Assembly (NCBI GenBank): GCA_964652315.1
Contig: CAZZBU010000001.1
Location: 84,870 to 148,869 of the forward strand
Direction of reading: 5' to 3'
DNA length: 64,000 bases
Origin: an uncultured Bacteroidales bacterium
Lineage (GTDB): Bacteria > Bacteroidota > Bacteroidia > Bacteroidales > JAAAOM01
This document shows, piece after piece, positions 46,443-57,180 of the stretch. Each line of letters begins with the position of its first letter. Position 1 is the first letter of the stretch. Under the pieces are notes generated by a model, which saw nothing but the letters and a program-made list of their open reading frames with translations, was not told the origin of the DNA and made no database searches. A program made the translations under genes and the position numbers.

Positions 46443-46997
46443 ATGTCACGGATAGGAAATTTACCCATATCAATTCCAAACGGGGTCACAGTTACTGTTG
46501 ACAAGGACAACCTGGTCACCGTGAAAGGACCTAAGGGAGAACTTACGCAGAAAGTGGATGTTGATATTACCATATCGGTAGAAGAAGACCAGGTATTGGT
46601 CAAGCGTCCTTCTGAACAAAAACGGCATAAAGCCATGCACGGACTCTACCGTTCACTTATCAATAACATGGTAGTTGGTGTATCAGATGGTTATACCATC
46701 AAACAGGAACTGGTAGGTGTTGGTTACCGTGCCGAGTCAAAAGGACAGGTGCTTGAAATGAGCCTTGGTTATTCACATGACATTCATATTCAGCTTCCGC
46801 CCGAAATTAAAGTGGAGGCCGTTACAGAAAAACGTAGCAATCCGGTAATTACCCTTACCAGCTCCGACAAACAATTGATTGGTCATGTTGCTGCGAAAAT
46901 CCGTTCACTTCGTCCGCCAGAACCATATAAAGGAAAAGGTATCCGGTTTGTGGGTGAACAACTTAGAAGAAAAGCTGGTAAAACTGCAAGTGCATAA
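46443..46997 (+). CDS. rplF: 50S ribosomal protein L6
   Basis: [12 protein letters not shown] start is typical of L6. The upstream in-frame extension in the ORF track overlaps rpsH. Confidence 0.95.
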   Translation: MSRIGNLPISIPNGVTVTVDKDNLVTVKGPKGELTQKVDVDITISVEEDQVLVKRPSEQKRHKAMHGLYRSLINNMVVGVSDGYTIKQELVGVGYRAESKGQVLEMSLGYSHDIHIQLPPEIKVEAVTEKRSNPVITLTSSDKQLIGHVAAKIRSLRPPEPYKGKGIRFVGEQLRRKAGKTASA

Positions 46998-47017
46998 CCT
47001 GGTTAATAATTAAAAAG

Positions 47018-47374
47018 ATGAGTTTATCTAAATTACAAAGAAGACAAAGGATAAAGCGTCGCATCAGGAAAACTGTTTCCGGTACAAAAGAAACACCACG
47101 GTTTTCTGTATATAGAAGCAACAAAGCTATCTACGTTCAACTGATCGACGATAAAGAAGGTAAAACATTGCTTTCTGTATCATCCCTGAACAAAGAAATA
47201 GCAGATAAAGAGGGTTCAAAAACCGAAATAGCCGAAATGGTAGGCAAACTTGCCGCCGAAAAAACCAAGGAACTTGGAATTTCAACTGTTGTTTTTGACC
47301 GGAATGGTTATCTTTATCACGGAAGAGTAAAAAAACTTGCTGATGCCGCAAGACAAGGAGGTTTAAAATTTTAA
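47018..47374 (+). CDS. rplR: 50S ribosomal protein L18
   Basis: [10 protein letters not shown]...[19 protein letters not shown] signature. Confidence 0.95.
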   Translation: MSLSKLQRRQRIKRRIRKTVSGTKETPRFSVYRSNKAIYVQLIDDKEGKTLLSVSSLNKEIADKEGSKTEIAEMVGKLAAEKTKELGISTVVFDRNGYLYHGRVKKLADAARQGGLKF

Positions 47375-47383
47375 CATTACAAT

Positions 47384-47899
47384 ATGGCAACAAGTATTAG
47401 AAAAGTTAAGACTAGCGATTTAGAACTAAAAGACCGTTTGGTTAGCATCCAACGTGTTACCAAGGTGACCAAAGGGGGTAGAACTTTTAGTTTCTCGGCT
47501 ATTGTAGTGGTTGGAAATGAAGACGGCATTGTAGGTTATGGCCTCGGTAAAGCAAATGAAGTAACCACAGCTATCTCCAAAGGCGTTGAAGATGCTAAAA
47601 AGAATCTGATTAAAGTGCCCATTATCAACGGTACAATCCCTCATGTACAATATGCCAAATATGGTGGTGCCAATGTATTTATTAAGCCTGCCTCCAGTGG
47701 TACCGGAGTTAAAGCCGGTGGTGCCATGCGTGCAGTATTGGAAAGTGTTGGGGTAAAAGATGTTCTGGCAAAATCAAAAGGTTCATCGAACCCGCATAAC
47801 CTGGTGAAAGCTACATTTGAAGCTTTACTCGAACTACGCGATGCTTATACCGTTGCCCAACATCGCCGTATTAGCCTTGATCAAGTATTTAATGGATAA
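47384..47899 (+). CDS. rpsE: 30S ribosomal protein S5
   Basis: [22 protein letters not shown] signature. Confidence 0.97.
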   Translation: MATSIRKVKTSDLELKDRLVSIQRVTKVTKGGRTFSFSAIVVVGNEDGIVGYGLGKANEVTTAISKGVEDAKKNLIKVPIINGTIPHVQYAKYGGANVFIKPASSGTGVKAGGAMRAVLESVGVKDVLAKSKGSSNPHNLVKATFEALLELRDAYTVAQHRRISLDQVFNG

Positions 47900-47918
47900 T
47901 ATTATATAGTTTAGAGCA

Positions 47919-48098
47919 ATGGCAAAAGTTAAAATTACATATACCAAAAGCAAAATTGGAAGTACAGAACGCCAGAAGAGGACCATTGAAGCACTGGGTC
48001 TGGGTAAACTCAACAGCAGTGTTGAAGTAGAAGGTACCCCACAGGTTTTGGGTATGATACGCAAAGTGAATCATTTAGTGAAAGTAGAAGAAATTTAA
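47919..48098 (+). CDS. rpmD: 50S ribosomal protein L30
   Basis: 59-aa ORF, below the track cutoff: [38 protein letters not shown]... Lies between rpsE and rplO. Confidence 0.9.
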   Translation: MAKVKITYTKSKIGSTERQKRTIEALGLGKLNSSVEVEGTPQVLGMIRKVNHLVKVEEI

Positions 48099-48120
48099 TC
48101 ATTTAATTTGCCCTATAGAT

Positions 48121-48567
48121 ATGGACTTAAGCAATCTTAGACCGGCAAGCGGGTCAGTAAGAAATAACAAGCGGGTTGGCAGAGGCCAGGGTTCCGGCCG
48201 TGGAGGTACATCAACCCGTGGTCACAAAGGTGCAAAATCTCGTTCAGGTTATAGCAAAAAAGTTGGTTTTGAAGGTGGACAAATGCCTTTACAACGCCGT
48301 ATACCCAAATACGGATTTAAGAACATTAACCGTAAGGAATACAAAGGCATCAATATAAGTACCCTTCAGGCCCTGGCTGAAAAACGCAATATTTCATCCA
48401 TTGATGTTGAAACCCTGGTGAGCGCCGGCTTGGTATCAAAAAACGAGTTGGTTAAAATACTCGGAAATGGTGAACTTACTACCAAACTGGAGGTAAAGGC
48501 ACACGCATTTTCAAAGTCAGCCATTGAAGCGATTGAAGCACAACAAGGAACCGCTGAAAAAATTTAA
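48121..48567 (+). CDS. rplO: 50S ribosomal protein L15
   Basis: LSNLRPA.GS...RVGRGQGSGRGGTSTRGHKG signature. Confidence 0.95.
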   Translation: MDLSNLRPASGSVRNNKRVGRGQGSGRGGTSTRGHKGAKSRSGYSKKVGFEGGQMPLQRRIPKYGFKNINRKEYKGINISTLQALAEKRNISSIDVETLVSAGLVSKNELVKILGNGELTTKLEVKAHAFSKSAIEAIEAQQGTAEKI

Positions 48568-48571
48568 GTAG

Positions 48572-49906
48572 ATGAGAAGATTTATTGAAACTATAAAGAA
48601 CATCTATAAGATCGAAGACCTGCGTCAGCGCATTGGTTATACACTTGGTATCTTATTAATTTACCGGCTTGGATCATTTATCACCCTGCCAGGGGTTGAT
48701 CCCAATCAGCTGAGTGCATTAAAGGAACAAACCAGTGACGGTGTTCTCGGTCTGTTGGATATGTTTTCGGGAGGTGCATTTTCGCAGGCTTCCATTTTTG
48801 CATTAGGTATAATGCCATACATTTCTGCATCCATTGTGGTGCAGTTGCTCGGAATCGCTATTCCTTATTTCCAGCGCCTGCAGCGCGAAGGTGAAAGCGG
48901 ACGCCGGAAAATCAATCAGATTACCCGTTATCTTACCATGGGTATCCTTTTGGTTCAGGCTCCAAGTTACCTGGTTAACCTCAGCGTGCAGCTTCCGGCA
49001 TCGGCATTTGTACTAGATGGCTTGTTCTTTAAAGTTTCATCCGTTATTATACTCACCTCAGGCACCATGTTTGTAATGTGGCTGGGTGAAAAAATTACCG
49101 ATAAAGGTATTGGAAACGGGATTTCACTTATCATTATGATCGGGATTATCGCCATGTTTCCGCAAGCAATTATTTTTGAATTCCAGGGACGTCTTGGAGA
49201 TCTTGGAGGTGGCCTGATTGCCTTCCTGATCGAATTATTAATCCTGTTTCTGGTATTTATGATAAGCATCCTGCTTGTACAGGGTACCCGCAGAATTCCG
49301 GTACAATATGCAAAACGTATTGTTGGAAACCGTCAGTATGGTGGTGTCCGCCAGTATATTCCTTTAAAAGTGAATGCTGCCGGTGTGATGCCAATCATTT
49401 TTGCACAGGCCATTATGATGTTCCCGCTAATGTTTTTCAGCAGGTTTGACGCAACTACCGGTTTGGCCACTGCCTTTCGTTTTGATGGTTTCTGGTACAA
49501 TTTTACCTTTGCACTTTTAATTATTGCATTTACATATTTTTACACCGCCATTACCATTAATCCAACGCAGATGGCCGAGGATATGAAAAAGAATGGCGGA
49601 TTCATACCAGGAGTTAAGCCTGGCAGAAGAACAGTGGAGTTTCTTGATACCGTAATGTCGAGAATTACCCTGCCCGGGTCCATCTTTTTGGCTATCGTGG
49701 CTATCCTGCCGGCTTTTGCGATGCAGGCAAACGTCAACGATCAGTTTGCCCAGTTTTTCGGAGGTACATCCCTGCTGATTATGGTTGGTGTGGTTCTGGA
49801 TACATTGCAGCAAATCGAAAGTCACCTGCTCATGCGCCATTATGATGGTCTGACTAAGACCGGACGCATTAAAGGCCGTGCAGGAGGAACCGCTGCAGCA
49901 ATATAA
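48572..49906 (+). CDS. secY: Preprotein translocase subunit SecY
   Basis: Ten-TM layout. GIMPYISASIVVQLL and GGFIPGVKPG signatures. Confidence 0.97.
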   Translation: MRRFIETIKNIYKIEDLRQRIGYTLGILLIYRLGSFITLPGVDPNQLSALKEQTSDGVLGLLDMFSGGAFSQASIFALGIMPYISASIVVQLLGIAIPYFQRLQREGESGRRKINQITRYLTMGILLVQAPSYLVNLSVQLPASAFVLDGLFFKVSSVIILTSGTMFVMWLGEKITDKGIGNGISLIIMIGIIAMFPQAIIFEFQGRLGDLGGGLIAFLIELLILFLVFMISILLVQGTRRIPVQYAKRIVGNRQYGGVRQYIPLKVNAAGVMPIIFAQAIMMFPLMFFSRFDATTGLATAFRFDGFWYNFTFALLIIAFTYFYTAITINPTQMAEDMKKNGGFIPGVKPGRRTVEFLDTVMSRITLPGSIFLAIVAILPAFAMQANVNDQFAQFFGGTSLLIMVGVVLDTLQQIESHLLMRHYDGLTKTGRIKGRAGGTAAAI

Positions 49907-49937
49907 ATTAATATTAATAACTGAATTTCGTTCTTTG

Positions 49938-50714
49938 ATGGCAGTATACTCAGCTGAAGAAATTGAATTAATTCGGGAAAACAACATCCTTGTTTCACGA
50001 ACCTTAGCTGAAGTAGCCAAGATTATTGCACCAGGTGTTACCACCAATGAGCTCGACAAGGTGGCAGAAACATTCATCCGCGACCATGGCGCAGTACCGG
50101 GTTTCTTAGGGTATCGTGGTTTTCCAAAGTCCCTGTGTACCTCGGTCAACAGTCAGGTTGTACACGGTATTCCTTCAGATTATGAACTTCAGGAAGGAGA
50201 TATTGTTTCTGTTGATTGTGGTACTTATAAAAACGGTTTCTATGGAGATTCGGCCTATACTTTTGTTGTTGGACCAGTTTCCCGGGTAGTTCAACAATTA
50301 CTTGATGTAACCAAAGCTTCCCTTTTTGAGGCTGTAAAACTGGCAGTAAACGGAAAAAGGGTCGGCGATATCGGTTTTGCCGTTCAAAATTATTGCGAAA
50401 CGGCCGGTTACTCCGTTGTACGGGAGCTTGTTGGGCACGGATTAGGTAAAAATATGCATGAATCACCCGAAGTACCGAACTATGGAAGGAGGGGAAGCGG
50501 GCCTAAGTTGAAAAAAGGGTCTGTTATTTGCATAGAGCCAATGATTAACCTGGGCCGAAAAGAAATTAAGCAAGAGTCGGACGGTTGGACCATTACGACA
50601 CTGGATAAAAGCGTTTCGGCCCATTTCGAACTGGCAGTTGCTATCGGTGATGAAACACCGGATGTGTTATCGACTTTTAATTATATTGAAGAAGTATTAG
50701 AAAAGAAAGGATAA
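49938..50714 (+). CDS. map: Type I methionine aminopeptidase
   Basis: VHGIP, DIVSVDCG, VGHGLG and EPM metal-ligand motifs. ATG at 49938 is preferred over the GTG at 49878, which overlaps secY. Confidence 0.93.
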   Translation: MAVYSAEEIELIRENNILVSRTLAEVAKIIAPGVTTNELDKVAETFIRDHGAVPGFLGYRGFPKSLCTSVNSQVVHGIPSDYELQEGDIVSVDCGTYKNGFYGDSAYTFVVGPVSRVVQQLLDVTKASLFEAVKLAVNGKRVGDIGFAVQNYCETAGYSVVRELVGHGLGKNMHESPEVPNYGRRGSGPKLKKGSVICIEPMINLGRKEIKQESDGWTITTLDKSVSAHFELAVAIGDETPDVLSTFNYIEEVLEKKG

Positions 50715-50717
50715 TTT

Positions 50718-50936
50718 ATGGCAAAGCAACCTTCTATTGAGCAGGATGGTACAATTACGGAAGCATTATCAAATGCAATGTTCCGGGTAGAACTGGAAAA
50801 CGGGCATGTGATTACAGCTCATATTTCCGGTAAAATGCGCATGCATTACATTAAAATATTGCCTGGTGACAAGGTGAAAGTAGAAATGTCGCCTTATGAT
50901 TTGACAAAAGGAAGAATAACATTTAGATATAAATAA
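50718..50936 (+). CDS. infA: Translation initiation factor IF-1
   Basis: [30 protein letters not shown] signature. Confidence 0.97.
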   Translation: MAKQPSIEQDGTITEALSNAMFRVELENGHVITAHISGKMRMHYIKILPGDKVKVEMSPYDLTKGRITFRYK

Positions 50937-50943
50937 TAAAACG

Positions 50944-51060
50944 ATGAAGGTACGAGCATCTGTAAAAAAGCGTAGCGCTGACTGTAAAATCGTCAGAAGA
51001 AAAGGGAAACTTTATGTGATCAACAAAAAGAATCCTAAGTTTAAACAACGGCAAGGTTAA
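50944..51060 (+). CDS. rpmJ: 50S ribosomal protein L36
   Basis: 38-aa ORF, below the track cutoff: [38 protein letters not shown]. Confidence 0.9.
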   Translation: MKVRASVKKRSADCKIVRRKGKLYVINKKNPKFKQRQG

Positions 51061-51084
51061 AAATAATATTTAATTAATAACGAT

Positions 51085-51462
51085 ATGGCTAGAATCGTTG
51101 GTGTAGATTTACCCAAGAACAAAAGAGGAGAAGTAGGCCTCACCTATATTTATGGAATTGGCAGAAGTAAAGCAGCTACTATCCTGTCCAAGGCAAAAGT
51201 AGACAAAGACATCAAAGTACAGGACTGGACAGATGATCAGGTTGCTGCTATCCGTAAAGTCATTAACGAACAACTGACTGTTGAAGGTGAACTCCGTTCA
51301 GAGGTTCAGTTGAATATTAAACGATTGATGGATATCGGTTGCTACCGTGGTGTGCGTCATCGTATTGGACTTCCTACCCGTGGACAGCATACAAAAAACA
51401 ATGCCCGTACACGTAAAGGAAAGAAAAAAACTATTGCAAATAAAAAGAAAGCAACTAAATAA
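51085..51462 (+). CDS. rpsM: 30S ribosomal protein S13
   Basis: [10 protein letters not shown]...GLTYIYGIG signature. Confidence 0.97.
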   Translation: MARIVGVDLPKNKRGEVGLTYIYGIGRSKAATILSKAKVDKDIKVQDWTDDQVAAIRKVINEQLTVEGELRSEVQLNIKRLMDIGCYRGVRHRIGLPTRGQHTKNNARTRKGKKKTIANKKKATK

Positions 51463-51473
51463 GGGTTGAAATC

Positions 51474-51863
51474 ATGGCAAAGAAAACAGGTAGTTCAAGA
51501 AAAAGAGTAGTAAAAGTTGAACCAGTAGGGCAGGCTCATGTACATGCCTCTTTTAACAATATAATTATTTCCCTTACAAACAACAGCGGTCAGGTTATTT
51601 CCTGGGGATCCGCCGGAAAAATGGGTTTCCGTGGTTCCAAGAAAAATACTCCTTATGCAGCTCAAATGGCTGCTGAAACTTGTGCCAAAGTAGCTTATGA
51701 CCTTGGTCTGCGCAAAGTAAAAGCTTTTGTCAAAGGACCAGGTTCAGGTAGGGAATCAGCCATTCGTACCATTCATGCACAGGGTATTGAAGTTACTGAA
51801 ATTGTTGACGTAACCCCATTACCACATAATGGCTGCCGGCCACCAAAAAGGAGAAGAGTATAA
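51474..51863 (+). CDS. rpsK: 30S ribosomal protein S11
   Basis: [15 protein letters not shown]...[14 protein letters not shown] signature. Confidence 0.97.
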   Translation: MAKKTGSSRKRVVKVEPVGQAHVHASFNNIIISLTNNSGQVISWGSAGKMGFRGSKKNTPYAAQMAAETCAKVAYDLGLRKVKAFVKGPGSGRESAIRTIHAQGIEVTEIVDVTPLPHNGCRPPKRRRV

Positions 51864-51891
51864 GAATTTAATCTGATAAAATTATCATTCG

Positions 51892-52500
51892 ATGGCAAGA
51901 TATATTGGACCAAAAAGTAAAATAGCTAGAAAATTTGGTGATCCCATTTACGGTTCAGACAAATACTTTGAAAAAAAGAACTATCCCCCTGGAATGCACG
52001 GGGCTAATAAACGTAGAAGAAAACAATCAGAATACGGCGTTCAGCTTCAGGAAAAGCAGAAGGCAAAATATACCTATGGCGTGTTGGAACGTCAATTCCT
52101 GAACCTGTTTAAAAAAGCTTCACGCAGTAAAGGGGTTACCGGTGAAGTGTTGCTTCAACTACTTGAAGCCCGCCTGGATAATGTTGTATACCGACTGGGC
52201 ATTGCACCAACCAGGGCCGGTGCCCGTCAGTTGGTTTCGCATCGTCACATCACGGTGAACAATGAAGTAGTGAATATCCCATCTTACTCGGTTCGTCCTG
52301 GTGATATTATCGGCGTTCGCGAAAAGTCCAAGTCACTGGAGGTTATTACAAACTCGCTGGAAGGTGTTGGCCGTTCGCAAACACCCTGGCTTGAATGGGA
52401 CGCTTCACAAATGGCGGGTAAATTTGTTGCACGTCCTGAACGTGAAGAAATACCTGAAAATATCAAAGAACAATTAATCGTAGAATTGTACTCTAAATAA
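51892..52500 (+). CDS. rpsD: 30S ribosomal protein S4
   Basis: [16 protein letters not shown]...[13 protein letters not shown] signature. Confidence 0.97.
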   Translation: MARYIGPKSKIARKFGDPIYGSDKYFEKKNYPPGMHGANKRRRKQSEYGVQLQEKQKAKYTYGVLERQFLNLFKKASRSKGVTGEVLLQLLEARLDNVVYRLGIAPTRAGARQLVSHRHITVNNEVVNIPSYSVRPGDIIGVREKSKSLEVITNSLEGVGRSQTPWLEWDASQMAGKFVARPEREEIPENIKEQLIVELYSK

Positions 52501-52508
52501 TAATATTT

Positions 52509-53501
52509 ATGGCAATTTTAGCTTTTCAAAAACCTGACAAGGTCATCATGCTTGAGGCCGACGATAACTCTGGTAAATTTGAGTTTCGTCCGCTGGAGCC
52601 AGGTTATGGCATCACTGTCGGGAATGCCCTTCGCAGAATTCTATTATCCTCTCTTGAAGGTTATGCAATAACCACTGTGAAATTTGAGGGAGTTGAGCAT
52701 GAATTCAGCACCATAACCGGTGTGGTTGAAGATGTTACCGATATTGTACTGAACCTCAAACAGGTCAGGTTTAAGAAAATCATAGAAGACGTCAACGACG
52801 AAAAAATCGTTGCAACAATCTCCGGTCAGGAAACATTCACCGCCGGCGATCTTAATAAATTCCTTAGTGGTTTTGAAGTACTGAATCCTGATTTGGTCAT
52901 CTGCAATATGGAGTCAGCGGTTAAGCTGCAAGTTGAAATATCTATCAACAAAGGACGTGGGTATGTTCCGGCAGAAGAGAACAAACCACTGGATCACGAA
53001 TTTGGCCTGATAGCTATCGATTCCATCTTCACACCCATCAGAAACGTGCGATATTCAGTTGAAAACTATCGTGTTGAGCAAAAAACCGATTATGAAAAAC
53101 TGATCATTGAAATTGATACCGACGGTTCAATACATCCAAAGGATGCACTGAAAGAAGCAGCAAAAATTCTGATTTATCACTTCATGTTGTTCTCCGATGA
53201 GAAGATTACCCTCGACTCCGAAGATAGCATGGCAAATGAAGAATTTGATGAAGAAGTACTGCACATGCGCCAGCTTCTGAAGACCAAACTGGTAGATCTG
53301 GATCTTTCTGTCAGGGCACTTAACTGCCTTAAGGCTGCTGAAGTGGAAACCCTGGGTGATTTGGTTAAGTTCAACAAGAGTGATTTACTTAAGTTCCGTA
53401 ACTTCGGTAAAAAATCCCTTACTGAACTTGATGAACTGCTCGACAACATGAATCTTTCATTCGGAATGGATGTTAGTAAGTACAAGCTTGATAAAGAGTA
53501 A
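52509..53501 (+). CDS. rpoA: DNA-directed RNA polymerase subunit alpha
   Basis: [21 protein letters not shown] signature. C-terminal domain [12 protein letters not shown]. Confidence 0.97.
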   Translation: MAILAFQKPDKVIMLEADDNSGKFEFRPLEPGYGITVGNALRRILLSSLEGYAITTVKFEGVEHEFSTITGVVEDVTDIVLNLKQVRFKKIIEDVNDEKIVATISGQETFTAGDLNKFLSGFEVLNPDLVICNMESAVKLQVEISINKGRGYVPAEENKPLDHEFGLIAIDSIFTPIRNVRYSVENYRVEQKTDYEKLIIEIDTDGSIHPKDALKEAAKILIYHFMLFSDEKITLDSEDSMANEEFDEEVLHMRQLLKTKLVDLDLSVRALNCLKAAEVETLGDLVKFNKSDLLKFRNFGKKSLTELDELLDNMNLSFGMDVSKYKLDKE

Positions 53502-53554
53502 TGTAGATTATTGGATGTTATCAGCTGATAATTAATCCGGAAACAGAAAAAGAA

Positions 53555-54229
53555 ATGAGACATAGAAAAAACTTTAATCATCTGAGTAGAAAAAGCGCGC
53601 ACCGCAAAGCTATGTTAGCCAATATGGCTACTTCCCTGATTATTCATAAGCGGATTAGCACCACAACTGCTAAGGCAAAAGCGCTGAAGATGTACATTGA
53701 GCCGCTGATTACAAAATCAAAAGAAGATACTACACATTCGCGCAGGGTTGTATTTAGCTACCTTAAAAATAAGGATGCTGTTTCAGAACTTTTCAGGGAT
53801 GTATCTGTGAAGATTGCCAACCGTCCAGGGGGATATACCCGTATTCTTAAAACCGGGACCCGCTTAGGTGATAATGCCGATATGTGTATTATTGAGTTGG
53901 TTGATTATAATGAAGGCTTACTGGCTGCTAAAGAAGAATCTAAAGAAGCTACAGGTAAGCGCCGAAGAAGAAGAAGAGGTTCTGGATCCGGAAGTAAGGA
54001 ACAGGCTGAAACCCAGGAAACAAATGCTGCTGCTGAACAAACCAATGAAGTAAAGGAAGAAGATGTAGCTAAAGATGCTGAGGTAGTTGAAGAAAAGCCT
54101 AAGGCAGATGCTGCCGCTGATGCAAAAGAAGAAACATCGGCTAAAGCTGAGACCAGGGAAGAACCTAACGATGAAAAAAGCGCTGAAGAACCAAAAAATG
54201 AAGATACTTCTGAGGAAGAAAAAAAGTAA
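53555..54229 (+). CDS. rplQ: 50S ribosomal protein L17 with a long low-complexity acidic/lysine C-terminal tail
   Basis: [29 protein letters not shown] core. About 105 extra residues rich in E, K and A after residue 120. Confidence 0.95.
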   Translation: MRHRKNFNHLSRKSAHRKAMLANMATSLIIHKRISTTTAKAKALKMYIEPLITKSKEDTTHSRRVVFSYLKNKDAVSELFRDVSVKIANRPGGYTRILKTGTRLGDNADMCIIELVDYNEGLLAAKEESKEATGKRRRRRRGSGSGSKEQAETQETNAAAEQTNEVKEEDVAKDAEVVEEKPKADAAADAKEETSAKAETREEPNDEKSAEEPKNEDTSEEEKK

Positions 54230-54269
54230 GATTAATAAGTAATTAACATTATTATAATGTTCTGTGAAA

Positions 54270-54311
54270 GGGATAAAGATTATTTTTAAAAGCTTTATCC
54301 CTTTTTGTTTT
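54270..54311 (+). terminator. Rho-independent terminator ending the ribosomal superoperon
   Basis: GGGATAAAG, a 14-nt loop, CTTTATCCC, then TTTTTGTTTT. Confidence 0.7.
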
Positions 54312-54324
54312 CATATCAGAATAG

Positions 54325-55638
<1,314 letters not shown>

Positions 55639-55671
55639 TTCGTAAGAATAATTTAGTCATATAACTCATGA

Positions 55672-55707
55672 ATAGGGTGTGTACCAGGGTATACACCCTA
55701 TTTTTTA
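55672..55707 (+). terminator. Rho-independent terminator after eno
   Basis: 12-bp stem ATAGGGTGTGTA / TATACACCCTAT (one G-U pair), loop CCAGGG, then TTTTTTATTT. Confidence 0.75.
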
Positions 55708-55776
55708 TTTAGAAGTGCATTAAACTTTTAGCATATTTAAATGTTAAAATAGATAAATAAATTAAAGCGAGTTACT

Positions 55777-57102
55777 ATGCCAAACTTGAAGGATAAATTA
55801 CGTGAAAAAATTGAAACCTGGCGGCCCAGAACAGAAAAGTTGGTCCATGACTATTCTGATGTAGTTGTCGATAATGTCACCATTGGTCAGATCATCGGAG
55901 GTATGCGTGGACTTAAGTGTCTGGTAACCGATATATCCTATCTTGATCCGAATGAAGGTATTCGTTATCGTGGCTATACGCTTCCTGAGGTATTCAAGAA
56001 ACTTCCCAAAGCCGATGGTGGTGAGATGCCTTGTATTGAAGGGCTTTTTTATCTGTTGTTGACTGGTGATATCCCCACAGATTCAGAAGCACAGGATGTG
56101 GGTGATGAGTTCAGAAAAAGAAGGATTTTACCGCGTTATGTGTATGAGGTGATTGATGCTTTTCCATCCAACTCCCATCCTATGGCCATATTCAGTACGG
56201 CTATTCTTACCATGCACCGCGAATCATTTTTCTCTAAAAAGTATCAGGCTGGCATACCAAAAACCGAATTCTGGGATCCAATGTATGAAGATACATTGAA
56301 CCTGTTGGCAAAATTACCCGAGATAGGAGCTTATATTTATGCTAAACTTTACCGCGACGGCAAACGCATCCAATCTAACCCAAACCTCGATTTTGGAGGC
56401 AATTTTGCCCACATGATGGGTATTCCTGCTCCTTATGATGATGTTGCGCGCATGCATTTTATTCTTCATAGCGATCACGAAAGTGGCAATGTAAGTGCGC
56501 ATACAGGTCACCTGGTCGCAAGTACCCTGTCCGATATTTATCTTTCAATATCTGCAATGATAAATGGGCTTGCAGGTCCACTGCACGGACTGGCAAATCA
56601 GGAAGTTCTGCGTTGGCTGCATGAACTTATGAGCCGCATGGGAGGAAAAAAACCTACTGAAAACGAACTGCAGCAGTTTGTATGGGATACACTGAATGCC
56701 GGACAGTTGATACCGGGCTTTGGACATGCGGTGCTTCGAAAAACAGATCCCCGGTATTCAATACAGCGCGATTTCAGCCTGAAACACCTGAAAGGCGATT
56801 TGCTGTTCGAATATGTGGATATGCTGTTCCAGGTGGTACCACCAATTTTGAAGGAACATGGGAAGGCAAAAAATCCATGGCCGAATGTTGATGCTCATTC
56901 CGGAGCAATTCAATGGCATTATGGAGTTAAGCAATATGATTTTTACACGGTGCTATTCGGCATTGGCCGTGCTATTGGTATCTCTGCAAATATCATCTGG
57001 GACAGAGCCCTTGGTTATCCGCTTGAACGCCCAAAATCACTGACAACAGATATGTTGGAAAAAATTGTTGAAAAAGCAACGGCAAAGGCTAAATCCGCAT
57101 AA
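55777..57102 (+). CDS. gltA: Citrate synthase
   Basis: GMRG...LHSDHE..NVSAHT...GPLHG.AN...PGFGHAVLR..DPR catalytic signatures. Confidence 0.93.
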   Translation: MPNLKDKLREKIETWRPRTEKLVHDYSDVVVDNVTIGQIIGGMRGLKCLVTDISYLDPNEGIRYRGYTLPEVFKKLPKADGGEMPCIEGLFYLLLTGDIPTDSEAQDVGDEFRKRRILPRYVYEVIDAFPSNSHPMAIFSTAILTMHRESFFSKKYQAGIPKTEFWDPMYEDTLNLLAKLPEIGAYIYAKLYRDGKRIQSNPNLDFGGNFAHMMGIPAPYDDVARMHFILHSDHESGNVSAHTGHLVASTLSDIYLSISAMINGLAGPLHGLANQEVLRWLHELMSRMGGKKPTENELQQFVWDTLNAGQLIPGFGHAVLRKTDPRYSIQRDFSLKHLKGDLLFEYVDMLFQVVPPILKEHGKAKNPWPNVDAHSGAIQWHYGVKQYDFYTVLFGIGRAIGISANIIWDRALGYPLERPKSLTTDMLEKIVEKATAKAKSA

Positions 57103-57144
57103 GATTTTTAGGTTAATCCTGACATAAATTTTGTAATTTTATGA

Positions 57145-57175
57145 AGTGAGGAAAAGTTCCCTCACTTTTTTTTTG
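57145..57175 (+). terminator. Rho-independent terminator after gltA
   Basis: AGTGAGG, a loop, CCTCACT, followed by a 9-T run. Confidence 0.7.
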
Positions 57176-57180
57176 AGACC

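Noticed and set aside
49517-50149. A 210-aa ORF antisense to the secY/map junction.
   Set aside because: It is a shadow ORF opposite two highly conserved genes, with no independent support.
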